From: Candidatus Angelobacter sp.
Lineage (GTDB): Bacteria > Acidobacteriota > Terriglobia > Terriglobales > Acidobacteriaceae
Assembly (NCBI GenBank): GCA_036515395.1
Contig: DATBVH010000280.1
Span: forward strand, 1-29,970
Direction of reading: 5' to 3'
DNA: 29,970 nucleotides
The notes beneath the pieces were generated by a model, which had not been told where the DNA came from, ran no database searches, and saw only the letters and a program-made list of their open reading frames with translations. A program made the position numbers and the translations under genes. The stretch's first letter is position 1. Every line of letters begins with the position of its first letter. This document shows positions 8,418 to 17,000 of this stretch, one piece after another.

Positions 8418-9639
8418 CCCCCTGGCAATTGCTGCCGTTACGGCGACGCTCCGCAACCTGCTCACGACGAGTATTGCCTCAGACCCGGAACTGAACGACA
8501 CGAATGTCACCATGCAGCCTTTGGACCGGGCGCGTCCAGCGGGGAACAACGCCAATCAACTCAACATTTTTCTTTATCAGACTCTCCCCAATGCCGCGTG
8601 GCGAAACCAACCCATGCCGGGACGCGTATCCGGGAATGAGATAGCGATGCCGCCGGTTGCGCTGAATCTTTATTACCTGATCACCGCATTCGGTCGCGAT
8701 AACGATCTTAATAGACCATTTAGCCATCAGCTTCTGGGCAAAGCCATCAGCGCGCTGAACGATCATCCGGTATTACTGCGGGACGAACTAAAGAATGGTC
8801 TACCCAACAACGATCTGTATGCGCAGATTGAACGGGTGCGCCTGACTCTTCAACCTCTCGCAGTGGATGAAATTTTCAAGTTGTGGTCCGGCTTTCAGAC
8901 GCAGTATCGGCTTTCGGTGGCATATGAAGCTTGCGTCGTATTGATTGACAGCGGTTTGCCGGCGAAGGCCGCTCTTCCGGTATTGACGCGCGGCCCGAAC
9001 AACAGCGGCATCGTGGCGCAGCCGAATCTGCTTCCGCCGTTCCCCGAGATCACGGACATTACGATTCTCTCGCACCAGCCGACAGCAATTCTTGGCGACA
9101 CCATCACAATTACCGGCCGCAATCTCACTGGTAGTATCCAGGCAGTGTTTCGCTCCGTAAGGCTGCCGGACCCGATTCGTGCAACTGCTCTTTCATCCAA
9201 AAGCGATCAGGTGCAGATCTTAATCGACAAGGACCCAGCCAAGTGGGTGGCCGGATTTTATACGGTATCGCTCGAACTGACCGAGAACAAAGGCAAGCCG
9301 GACGAAAGGGTGCGCACCACGAACGAACTTCCCTTCGCGATTGCTCCGGACATTACCACGAAATTTCCCATCAATGTTGCCGCGGGCGCGGCCGCTACCG
9401 TCAATTTGCGGTGCACACCACGCGTGCTGCCGGAACAGCGTGTTGCATTGCTCCTGGGGGATCGCGAGATCATCGCGGAGCCCATTGCTGCGCCCGTTGG
9501 CCAGGTACGCTTTTCGATTCCGCCTGCCGAACCCAACCGTTTGCTGGTACGGCTGCGGGTCGATGGCGTAGACAGTTTGCTGGTCGACCGCTCCGGGCCG
9601 GTGCCGGCATTTAAGGACCAAAGGGTGATCATTAAATGA
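8410..9639 (+). CDS. DUF4255/Pvc16-like tail terminator (cap) with C-terminal IPT/TIG-like Ig domains
   Basis: MSSPLAIAAVTATLRNLL, LNIFLYQ..PN..WRN, LNLYYLITAFG, KLWSGFQTQYRLSVAYEA, then PEITDI...GDTITITGRNL. Start moved from ORF-track 8341 to ATG 8410, which overlaps the upstream stop. 409 aa. Confidence 0.88.
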   Translation: MSSPLAIAAVTATLRNLLTTSIASDPELNDTNVTMQPLDRARPAGNNANQLNIFLYQTLPNAAWRNQPMPGRVSGNEIAMPPVALNLYYLITAFGRDNDLNRPFSHQLLGKAISALNDHPVLLRDELKNGLPNNDLYAQIERVRLTLQPLAVDEIFKLWSGFQTQYRLSVAYEACVVLIDSGLPAKAALPVLTRGPNNSGIVAQPNLLPPFPEITDITILSHQPTAILGDTITITGRNLTGSIQAVFRSVRLPDPIRATALSSKSDQVQILIDKDPAKWVAGFYTVSLELTENKGKPDERVRTTNELPFAIAPDITTKFPINVAAGAAATVNLRCTPRVLPEQRVALLLGDREIIAEPIAAPVGQVRFSIPPAEPNRLLVRLRVDGVDSLLVDRSGPVPAFKDQRVIIK

Positions 9640-11663
9640 GCAATGCTGCGTCCTGGCAAGAGGCCAATTCGCGCTTTCTCTCGCTTTCATTGCACTGGCT
9701 GCGGACACGGCTTGAACGCGCAGCAGAGCATGAAAGCCCAAAGCCTGCTCATGAAAATCGGGTTGCCGCGGCCGGCGACAGCGGCGATCCTGACACCCTT
9801 TTGAAACAACTCGCTGAACTGGAAAAGAAAATGGATCCTCCGCCCGCACTTGTGCTGCTCGCCCACCAATTCGGGCTATCGCGCTTTGAAAGAGATGTGC
9901 TTCTGCTCTGCGTGGCTATGGAGTTGGATACTCGCGTGAGCAGGCTGTGTGCCCTCGCCCAGAACAATGCCGGAACGTGCTTCCCTACTTTTGCTCTTGC
10001 GCTCATTGTCTTTGACGATGCCGCGTGGGAAGTGGTTTCTCCTGAACGTCCCCTCCGATTCTGGCGGGCGATTGAAGTGTGTACCTCGCCGGGCCAATCT
10101 CTAACCACTTCGCCGTTGCGCGCTGATGAGCGGATCGTAAATTTTGTGAAGGGGTTGAATCATCTTGATGATCGTCTGCTCTCATCGCTCACTCCGCTGG
10201 GATCGTGCGACGCCGCTGAAATAAGCGGGTCACAACAGGAAGCAGTGGAACAGATCGTCTCCCATTGGAGGAACGGATCCGGCCACGTTCTGCCGTTGAT
10301 TCAGCTGCTCGGTACGGATTCCGCCAGCAAGTATCTTGTGGCCACGGCCGCAGCCGAGCGCGTTGGACGCAAAGTCTATCGTCTGAGCCCCGAGTTGCTG
10401 CCGGCGCAACACGCGGAGATGGAAGTCCTGAGCCGTCTCTGGCAACGCGAAAGCCTGCTCCTGCCTCTGGCACTCTATGTTGATGCACAGGAGATGGATG
10501 CGGGATCTGAAACGATGTCTCAAGTGGCATTGCGACGCTTTCTGGCGCAATGTGAAGGCCTCGTGTTTCTTGGCACGCGAGAGTTCTGGCCCCGGATTGA
10601 TCGCCCCAGTTCCGCCGTGGAAGTACGTAAGCCGACGCCGGCCGAACAAGAGCGCGCATGGTCCCTTGCGCTGGGCGAAGTGGCGGACGGCCAACCCCCG
10701 AAGTTGGCAGCGCAATTCAATCTGAATCTCTCCACGTTGCAGAAGATCGTCCACACAGCCGTGGAAAGCGCGGCAAACGGAAGCGATCTTTCCCCGGTCC
10801 TTTGGGAGTGTTGCCGCAACAGCGTGCGTCCGCGCCTGGATCAGCTGGCACACCATCTGGAAGTGAAGGCCGGTTGGGATGACATTGTGCTTCCTCCAGA
10901 AGAAACGAACCTGCTGCGCCAGATCGCCGCACAAGTCGGTGCCCGCGCCAAGGTGTACGGCGAGTGGGGCTTTGCGCGGAAGATGAACCGCGGCATGGGA
11001 ATCAGTGCTTTGTTCGCGGGCGACAGCGGAACGGGCAAGACCATGGCTGCCGAGGTAATCGCCCGGGAGTTGCATCTGAATCTCTATCGCATTGACCTTT
11101 CCACGGTAGTAAGCAAGTACATCGGCGAGACAGAGAAGAACCTGCGCCGGCTGTTCGACGCGGCCGAGGATGGCGGCGCAATCCTTTTCTTCGATGAGGC
11201 CGATGCCTTGTTCGGCAAGCGCAGCGAGGTGAAGGACAGCCATGATCGCTACGCCAACATCGAAATCAACTATTTGTTGCAACGGCTGGAGACCTACAGC
11301 GGCCTCGCCATTCTTGCCACCAACATGAAAAGCGCTCTCGATCAGAGCTTTCTGCGCCGCTTGCGCTTTGTCGTTAACTTCCCTTTTCCCGGAGTCACAG
11401 AGCGCAGGCGCATTTGGCAAAGGGTGTTTCCTCCGGATACCCCGCTGGGCAGCCTGGATTATGACCGCCTGTCGCGCTTGAACCTGACTGGAGGCACAAT
11501 CCACAACGCGGCGCTGAACGCGGCCTTTCTGGCCGCGCACGCGGGAACTCCGGTCACCATGCCGTTGGTGCTGGCGGCGGCGCGGACTGAGATGCTCAAG
11601 CTCGACCGTCCTGTGAATGAAACCGACTTCATCTGCCAAGCGGGCCCGGAGGCGGTGGCATGA
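9636..11663 (+). CDS. eCIS AAA+ ATPase (Afp15-like) with N-terminal helical/winged-helix region
   Basis: FGLSRFERDVLLLC N-terminus, degenerate first AAA-like region, Walker A GDSGTGKT, Walker B LFFDEAD, DRYANIEINYLLQRLE, ATN...LD.SFLRR. 675 aa. Confidence 0.93.
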   Translation: MSNAASWQEANSRFLSLSLHWLRTRLERAAEHESPKPAHENRVAAAGDSGDPDTLLKQLAELEKKMDPPPALVLLAHQFGLSRFERDVLLLCVAMELDTRVSRLCALAQNNAGTCFPTFALALIVFDDAAWEVVSPERPLRFWRAIEVCTSPGQSLTTSPLRADERIVNFVKGLNHLDDRLLSSLTPLGSCDAAEISGSQQEAVEQIVSHWRNGSGHVLPLIQLLGTDSASKYLVATAAAERVGRKVYRLSPELLPAQHAEMEVLSRLWQRESLLLPLALYVDAQEMDAGSETMSQVALRRFLAQCEGLVFLGTREFWPRIDRPSSAVEVRKPTPAEQERAWSLALGEVADGQPPKLAAQFNLNLSTLQKIVHTAVESAANGSDLSPVLWECCRNSVRPRLDQLAHHLEVKAGWDDIVLPPEETNLLRQIAAQVGARAKVYGEWGFARKMNRGMGISALFAGDSGTGKTMAAEVIARELHLNLYRIDLSTVVSKYIGETEKNLRRLFDAAEDGGAILFFDEADALFGKRSEVKDSHDRYANIEINYLLQRLETYSGLAILATNMKSALDQSFLRRLRFVVNFPFPGVTERRRIWQRVFPPDTPLGSLDYDRLSRLNLTGGTIHNAALNAAFLAAHAGTPVTMPLVLAAARTEMLKLDRPVNETDFICQAGPEAVA

Positions 11664-11917
11664 ATATCAAACTCCACATCGAGCGTCTGGTTCTGGATGG
11701 ATTGCCAGTGACGCGCGCCCAATCGACCATTCTGAAGCAGGCGGTGGAATCCGAACTGTCGCGGCTGGTGATTGAAGGCGGGATCCATCCCGAATTGACC
11801 AGCGGTGGAGCGCTGGCCCATGTTCCGGGCGCATCGATGGAATTCGATCCTTCAGCGAGGCCGGCCGCATTAGGAGCGCAAATCGCGCAAGCCGCTTACA
11901 AGGGGTTTGGAAAATGA
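11660..11917 (+). CDS. Small conserved eCIS-associated hypothetical protein
   Basis: MNIKLHIERLVLDGL start; ATGA overlaps on both sides (11660-11663 and 11914-11917). 85 aa. Confidence 0.8.
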   Translation: MNIKLHIERLVLDGLPVTRAQSTILKQAVESELSRLVIEGGIHPELTSGGALAHVPGASMEFDPSARPAALGAQIAQAAYKGFGK

Positions 11918-13230
11918 GCGCCCGCGTCACAGCAACGCTCCAGCGCAAGTGCGCTTGCGGCCAGCACACCGCAGGCGGGGAGCAGTGTGAGGAGTGCAAA
12001 AAGAAAAAGCTGCAACGCCGCGCTATTTCGGATTCTGGTCCAGCTGTCGCGCCGCCAATCGTGCATGAGGTGCTGCGCTCGCCGGGACAGCCGCTGGACA
12101 ACGCGACGCGGGACTTCATGGAGCCGCGGTTCGGGCATGATTTTAGCCAGGTGCGCGTGCATACGAACGAGAGAGCGGCTGAGTCGGCAAGAGCAGTGAA
12201 TGCCCGGGCTTATACCGTGGGCAAACATGTCGTGTTCGGAGCGGGGCAATACGTTACGTCGGCACACGCAGGAAGGCAATTACTCGCGCACGAACTTGCG
12301 CATTCTGCGCAGCAGCAGATGGCTCAAGGGACTTCCTCACCTCTGATGGTGAGCGATGACGCTGCGGCAGAACGGGAAGCGGATTTGGCAGCGCTTCACA
12401 TGACTGGCGATGCGCCGCATGGACTGAAACTGTCTCCAGCAACATCTCGGCTGAGCCGCAAGGTGAACGTCATCAAACCAGCAGACAACATCCCGAATCC
12501 CGGGGGCAAAGGTGCAGTGCAAACAAATGCACAGACAATTCAGGACTATTTGAAGACCATCTGCCCCACAGGAGGCGTCATTGGTGACGCGAAAACGGGT
12601 GTGGTAACAATCAACGCGAGTTTCTGCACGCCTAAAGCATTGCCCTCGGGAGTCAGCGGCCCTCCCGACCCGTCCCCTGCACAGAAATCAGCGACAGCTA
12701 CTGGATGCGGCTGCATATGCGACTTGGTGAATTCCTCCAACCAGTGGAACATCGTTGTAGATGACGGAAGTTGGCCGCATACGGATTTTGACAATCCTGC
12801 AGGGAGCGCGAAGCCGGGAGGGACAGGTGGAACGGTAACGGCGCCTTCGCCGAACACCCCCAAGTTGTGGGGAGCGGGCACCGTGAGCGGCAAAACACTG
12901 GACATTGATCCATGGCTGGTTCTGGGACATGAACTCTGTGGTCACGCCTGGCTTGGTAATTCTGGCAGTCACGGGCCTGATGAAGCTTCGCCCCGAGGAG
13001 AAGGCGGACATCAGGAAACGGTGAAACGAGAGAATTTATTGCGCACCGAACATGGAATCGACTTGCGGGGAACCTTTAAAGATCCAGATTGCGGCGAATC
13101 TTACTGGCGTGATAAGTCAGGGCCAGGACCGGTTAACTGGTCATCATTCCACGCGGTTTGTGCAAACTGGCGCAAAGACTACAACAAGGCGCATGGCACG
13201 AGTTACAAGATGACCGACAAGATCCCGTAA
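11914..13230 (+). CDS. DUF4157 (eCIS core) protein 1 with a Cys-rich C-terminal zincin-like putative effector domain
   Basis: LQRKCACG...CEEC leader; DUF4157 core SPGQPLD..TR.FME.RFGHDFSQVRVHT...ARAYTVG.HVVFG...LLAHELAH; C-terminal LVLGHELCGHAW at 12928-12945. 438 aa. Confidence 0.9.
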   Translation: MSARVTATLQRKCACGQHTAGGEQCEECKKKKLQRRAISDSGPAVAPPIVHEVLRSPGQPLDNATRDFMEPRFGHDFSQVRVHTNERAAESARAVNARAYTVGKHVVFGAGQYVTSAHAGRQLLAHELAHSAQQQMAQGTSSPLMVSDDAAAEREADLAALHMTGDAPHGLKLSPATSRLSRKVNVIKPADNIPNPGGKGAVQTNAQTIQDYLKTICPTGGVIGDAKTGVVTINASFCTPKALPSGVSGPPDPSPAQKSATATGCGCICDLVNSSNQWNIVVDDGSWPHTDFDNPAGSAKPGGTGGTVTAPSPNTPKLWGAGTVSGKTLDIDPWLVLGHELCGHAWLGNSGSHGPDEASPRGEGGHQETVKRENLLRTEHGIDLRGTFKDPDCGESYWRDKSGPGPVNWSSFHAVCANWRKDYNKAHGTSYKMTDKIP

Positions 13231-13754
13231 TGGTAGGCCGGAGGGAATTGAAACAGCGGAGATTGGGCTTGAGCGAATCATTAAAAATTACGATTACTTC
13301 CATGGTGAGCCATGAAGATCTTCCCGGCACGGATTTGGAATACGTGGTCCGGAACGATATGGATTCGGCAATTTGGCTGGTCAACGATGGCTGGCTGACT
13401 TGGCGGCAGATGGGGCCAGAGATCGAATTGTCTTATGCAAGAGGCCGAATGAGGACGGGAGCGCAGGTGTTTGGTTATTTTCCACCGGATACCGTCAAGA
13501 TTCCACCAGGCGAGCAGCTCACGCGCACCATTCATCTCAAGTGGCCCCAGGCCCTTGATCGATTATGGAATACGGCGAGCGAGGCAAATCCCGCGCCAGG
13601 AAAATATCGAGTCTCGGTGCGAATCGGCTATGGAGCGACTCCGGGGCCGGAGCCGTCCAGGAGCGGGGAAGGCGTAGAGGAGCCGGTTCTCCGCTGGCAG
13701 CAAGAAGCAGTCAGTGAATCTGCAATGATGACGGTTTTTGGGAGCAACTCATGA
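13230..13754 (+). CDS. Hypothetical beta-rich protein; candidate immunity or adaptor for DUF4157 protein 1
   Basis: ATG 13230 overlaps the upstream TAA (TAATG). 174 aa with an Ig-like pattern (LEYVVRN, VKIPPGEQLTRTIHL, APGKYRVSVRIGYG). Function inferred from position only. Confidence 0.65.
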   Translation: MVGRRELKQRRLGLSESLKITITSMVSHEDLPGTDLEYVVRNDMDSAIWLVNDGWLTWRQMGPEIELSYARGRMRTGAQVFGYFPPDTVKIPPGEQLTRTIHLKWPQALDRLWNTASEANPAPGKYRVSVRIGYGATPGPEPSRSGEGVEEPVLRWQQEAVSESAMMTVFGSNS

Positions 13755-13847
13755 TCAGGGAAGGATTAATGTTCTGATTTTTTTGATTGGAGCAAAACGA
13801 TCGGGGTCTGCTCCTGGCAAAGCACACCCAAAGAAAGGAATGGCTGA

Positions 13848-16007
13848 TTGAAGAGTACGAACCAAGTCGCGCCCGCCCCATCCACGTCGCCCGCCACGTC
13901 CGGGCTTCTGCAGCGCAAGTGCGCCTGCGGCAAGAACGCTTCCGGCGGCGAGCAGTGCGAGGACTGCAAGAAAAAAACGCTGCAGCGGCATGCCGTCTCC
14001 CATTCCGGGTCGGCAATTGCTCCGCCGATCGTGCATGAGGTGCTACGTTCGCCGGGCCAGCCGCTGGGCAAAACGACTCGTGATTTTATGGAACCCAAGT
14101 TCGGGCACGACTTCAGCCATGTGCGGGTGCACACGGATGAACGCGCCGCGGAATCCGCCCGAGCAGTCGACGCTCGCGCGTATACGGTTGGCAATCACAT
14201 TGCATTCGACAGCAGAAATTATTCACCGGGTTCCCGTGATGGACAAAAGCTGATTGCCCACGAACTTGCCCACACGATCCAGCAGAAGGACGCCGGCAAT
14301 TGGAACGCAAGTGCATTGGAGGTGGCACCCAGCACAACTCCGGCGGAGTCCTCAGCGGATGCGGTAGCAGAAGCCGTAGCCACAGGACAATCCATCGCGA
14401 TGGCCGGAGAGAGAAGCGCCGGAACAAGTATCCAGAGACAACCAAACCCACAATCGCCGAAGCCGCAGTCTAAAGGCTGTGATGATGTTCATCAACAGAG
14501 CATCAACAAGGGAGCACAAACCGCGCAAACCTGGATCAGCAGCGTTGTGCAGTGGTTCGATACCTATCAGGCCGAACTGGAACGGCGCAAGAAAGTTGAG
14601 ATTGCCGTCGGATATCGTTCGATTGGCGAATCTCTGTTTGCCAAGCTGTCATTGCTGAATGACAATTTCGGATTCAAGCAGCTGGTGACAGGCGGGGATT
14701 ACCACGCCACATTCCCGGATTCCGCGAAGTCAGATGTATCGAACAAGGACCTCACCGCGTTCTGGAGCGCGGCTATTCCCATCCGATCCAAGTTTGTCGG
14801 CGTAAAGACGAATTTGCAATACAACTGCCAGCCAACCTGCCCTGGCACTGAAGGAGCAGAGCGGGCCGGGCAGGCTGTGGCGGGTTCTGAAGAGTACACG
14901 ATCTGCACCGGTACTTTTGACAAACAGAGCGACGACGCCAAGACAGCCGTGGTCCTCCACGAAGCCTTTCACGCCACGTTTAACTCATTCGATCATGACA
15001 CCTATTCCAGTGCTGCCGGCTATCCTGGCGCGGACGCGCTGACGAATGCGGATTCCTATGCCACCTTTGCTTCGATCGTCGCCACAGGAAGCAGCTACCG
15101 AATTCAGAAGGTTGAAGAGACGGTAATTAAAGCGTCCGCAGAGGACTCGCCTTCAACTGGGTCGTCGCAAGGAAGTGAAATGTTGGGTTCGCCGCAGGTG
15201 CAGCGGCAAATAAAGTCCGATGCTGGAACGCCGAAGCCGATGATGCCCGCGGCCGCTCCGATGGTTCGTGTAGGTGAGCATGCCGTGAAATCAAAACCTA
15301 GCAAAGTGGTTAGGCAAGATGCAGAAGAGGGTTTCATCCGGGTAACTCCCGATCAAGAGTTTAGAGTGGAGGCCCAGGCTTCAGTTGCGGCAGCGAATTG
15401 TCCCGGCCTGCAGTTCGGGTTTGTGCAATTATGCCGGCCGTTTTCATTGTATCGGGCGGTATACAAATCATTGAAGGGCAGGCAGGATATTGAAATCGAT
15501 CCCAGCACCAAGATCAGAGCACGCCAACCCGTGCTCGATGTTGCGAACACAGGAGATACATTCACAAAAAAAATCCCCCCGCTTTGCAGTATTGAAGGCG
15601 CGGAAAAGCCATTACTAGCAGGTTATTCAGACCGTCCATCCTCTCCATTCAAGCTGTTCTGGGACAGTGATCATTATTTACAAGGAATAGCCCTGCAACA
15701 TTTTTTCTTTGTCACTCTCACAGCGGTGCCGGCAGGACAGCCTCCACAACACCTGAAATCTCTCTATTGGGAAATGAAGTACTGCGAAGGTTTTGATCCT
15801 GATCCCAGAGGACCGCAGTTTCTGGGAGCCAGTCGCCTAAGAACGACCGAGGCAAACGTTGGCGACTTCATCGATGGTGCGCCGGCTGAAGGAGGAATCG
15901 ACAAAATGGGTAAACCTGCCGACAAGATATGTAAGAACGTTGTTAATGAGGAAATTGCGGCGGCTACTGCGAACCCAAGCAAAGGCACCTTCAATTTTGG
16001 CTGTTAA
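13848..16007 (+). CDS. DUF4157 protein 2: DUF4157 core, M35 (aspzincin/deuterolysin-like) metallopeptidase-like domain and an unknown C-terminal domain
   Basis: TTG start with AAAGGA 8 nt upstream and an in-frame TGA directly before it; LQRKCACG leader; LIAHELAH (14259); VVLHEAFH (14958) followed by HDTY and ALTNADSYATFA (NADSY at 15045-15059). 719 aa. Confidence 0.88.
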   Translation: MKSTNQVAPAPSTSPATSGLLQRKCACGKNASGGEQCEDCKKKTLQRHAVSHSGSAIAPPIVHEVLRSPGQPLGKTTRDFMEPKFGHDFSHVRVHTDERAAESARAVDARAYTVGNHIAFDSRNYSPGSRDGQKLIAHELAHTIQQKDAGNWNASALEVAPSTTPAESSADAVAEAVATGQSIAMAGERSAGTSIQRQPNPQSPKPQSKGCDDVHQQSINKGAQTAQTWISSVVQWFDTYQAELERRKKVEIAVGYRSIGESLFAKLSLLNDNFGFKQLVTGGDYHATFPDSAKSDVSNKDLTAFWSAAIPIRSKFVGVKTNLQYNCQPTCPGTEGAERAGQAVAGSEEYTICTGTFDKQSDDAKTAVVLHEAFHATFNSFDHDTYSSAAGYPGADALTNADSYATFASIVATGSSYRIQKVEETVIKASAEDSPSTGSSQGSEMLGSPQVQRQIKSDAGTPKPMMPAAAPMVRVGEHAVKSKPSKVVRQDAEEGFIRVTPDQEFRVEAQASVAAANCPGLQFGFVQLCRPFSLYRAVYKSLKGRQDIEIDPSTKIRARQPVLDVANTGDTFTKKIPPLCSIEGAEKPLLAGYSDRPSSPFKLFWDSDHYLQGIALQHFFFVTLTAVPAGQPPQHLKSLYWEMKYCEGFDPDPRGPQFLGASRLRTTEANVGDFIDGAPAEGGIDKMGKPADKICKNVVNEEIAAATANPSKGTFNFGC

Positions 16008-16019
16008 GAGCGATAATTT

Positions 16020-16676
16020 ATGAGCACATTTCCCAACTCGCCACGGCTGATCAAGGGCGGCATTGTGCTGATCAGCGCAGACACCGCCGCGGTGCAGCGG
16101 ATCATTCCGCTGCAGTACAACCCGGACACGCTCTCGCGCACGCTGCAGGTGCAGTCGGTTGGCGAAGGCAGCGACCGCTCAGAGGCGTTGCGCCTGAAAG
16201 GGCCGCCGGTGGAAACCATTAAGGTGGACGCCGAGATTGACGTCACCGATCAGCTGGAGTTTCCTGACCAGAATCCCAACGCGGCCAAGCTCGGATTGCA
16301 TCCACAGCTTGCTGCGCTGGAAACAATTATTTATCCCACCAGCGCGCAACTGATCTCCAACAACTCGCTGGCGCAGGCGGGCACGCTGGAGATCGCGCCG
16401 ATGGAGTCATCGCTTACCCTGTTCATCTGGAGCAAGAACCGCATCATGCCCGTGCGGATCACCGACTTCAGCGTCACTGAAGAAGCGTTTGATCCGCTGC
16501 TGAATCCGATTCGCGCCAAGGTGAGCCTGGGGATGCGCGTGTTGAGCGTGACCGATCTGGGCTTCCAGCACAAGGGTGGAAGCCTGTACATGGCATACCA
16601 GCAGCAAAAAGAAAAACTCGCGGCCATGAGCGCGGGCGGGGCATTCTCCACGCTGGGGATCCCGGGAATTTCATAG
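16020..16676 (+). CDS. Tube initiator / baseplate gp48-gp54-like protein (Afp7 N-terminal equivalent)
   Basis: IIPLQYNPDTLSRTL, LFIWSKNRIMPVRITDFSVTEEAFDPLLNPIRAKVSL. 218 aa. Confidence 0.82.
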   Translation: MSTFPNSPRLIKGGIVLISADTAAVQRIIPLQYNPDTLSRTLQVQSVGEGSDRSEALRLKGPPVETIKVDAEIDVTDQLEFPDQNPNAAKLGLHPQLAALETIIYPTSAQLISNNSLAQAGTLEIAPMESSLTLFIWSKNRIMPVRITDFSVTEEAFDPLLNPIRAKVSLGMRVLSVTDLGFQHKGGSLYMAYQQQKEKLAAMSAGGAFSTLGIPGIS

Positions 16677-16688
16677 ATAAGGAGCAGC

Positions 16689-17000
16689 ATGTTTGCCGCC
16701 AACAGCCGTTATCTGAACGTGACCACCGTCGAATACGAATCTCCCACGGGCAAAAAGTATGTTTATCTGCGCCGCCGCTTCCTGCCGCAGCCGGAAAGCT
16801 TTGTCCTGTTGCAGCAGCATGTTGTGACCGGAGGCGAGCGCTTGGACAACGTGGCCGCGCAGTTTCTGGGCGATCCTGAATTGTTCTGGCGGCTTTGCGA
16901 TGCCAATGGCGCTATGCAACCTGAAGAACTGACGCGGACAGTGGGAAGACGGCTGCGCATCACCTTGCCGGAAGGAATACCAGGAACCCCGAATGCTTAA
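16689..17000 (+). CDS. LysM-domain baseplate protein (gp53/gpX-like)
   Basis: SRY N-terminus; HVVTGGERLDNVAAQFLGDPELFWRLCDAN...GRRLRIT LysM pattern; SD AAGGAG at 16679-16684. 103 aa. Confidence 0.87.
   Translation: MFAANSRYLNVTTVEYESPTGKKYVYLRRRFLPQPESFVLLQQHVVTGGERLDNVAAQFLGDPELFWRLCDANGAMQPEELTRTVGRRLRITLPEGIPGTPNA

Noticed and set aside
10230-11639. 469-aa minus-strand ORF
   Set aside because: Lies wholly antisense to the AAA+ ATPase and has no motifs; typical shadow ORF in GC-rich coding DNA.
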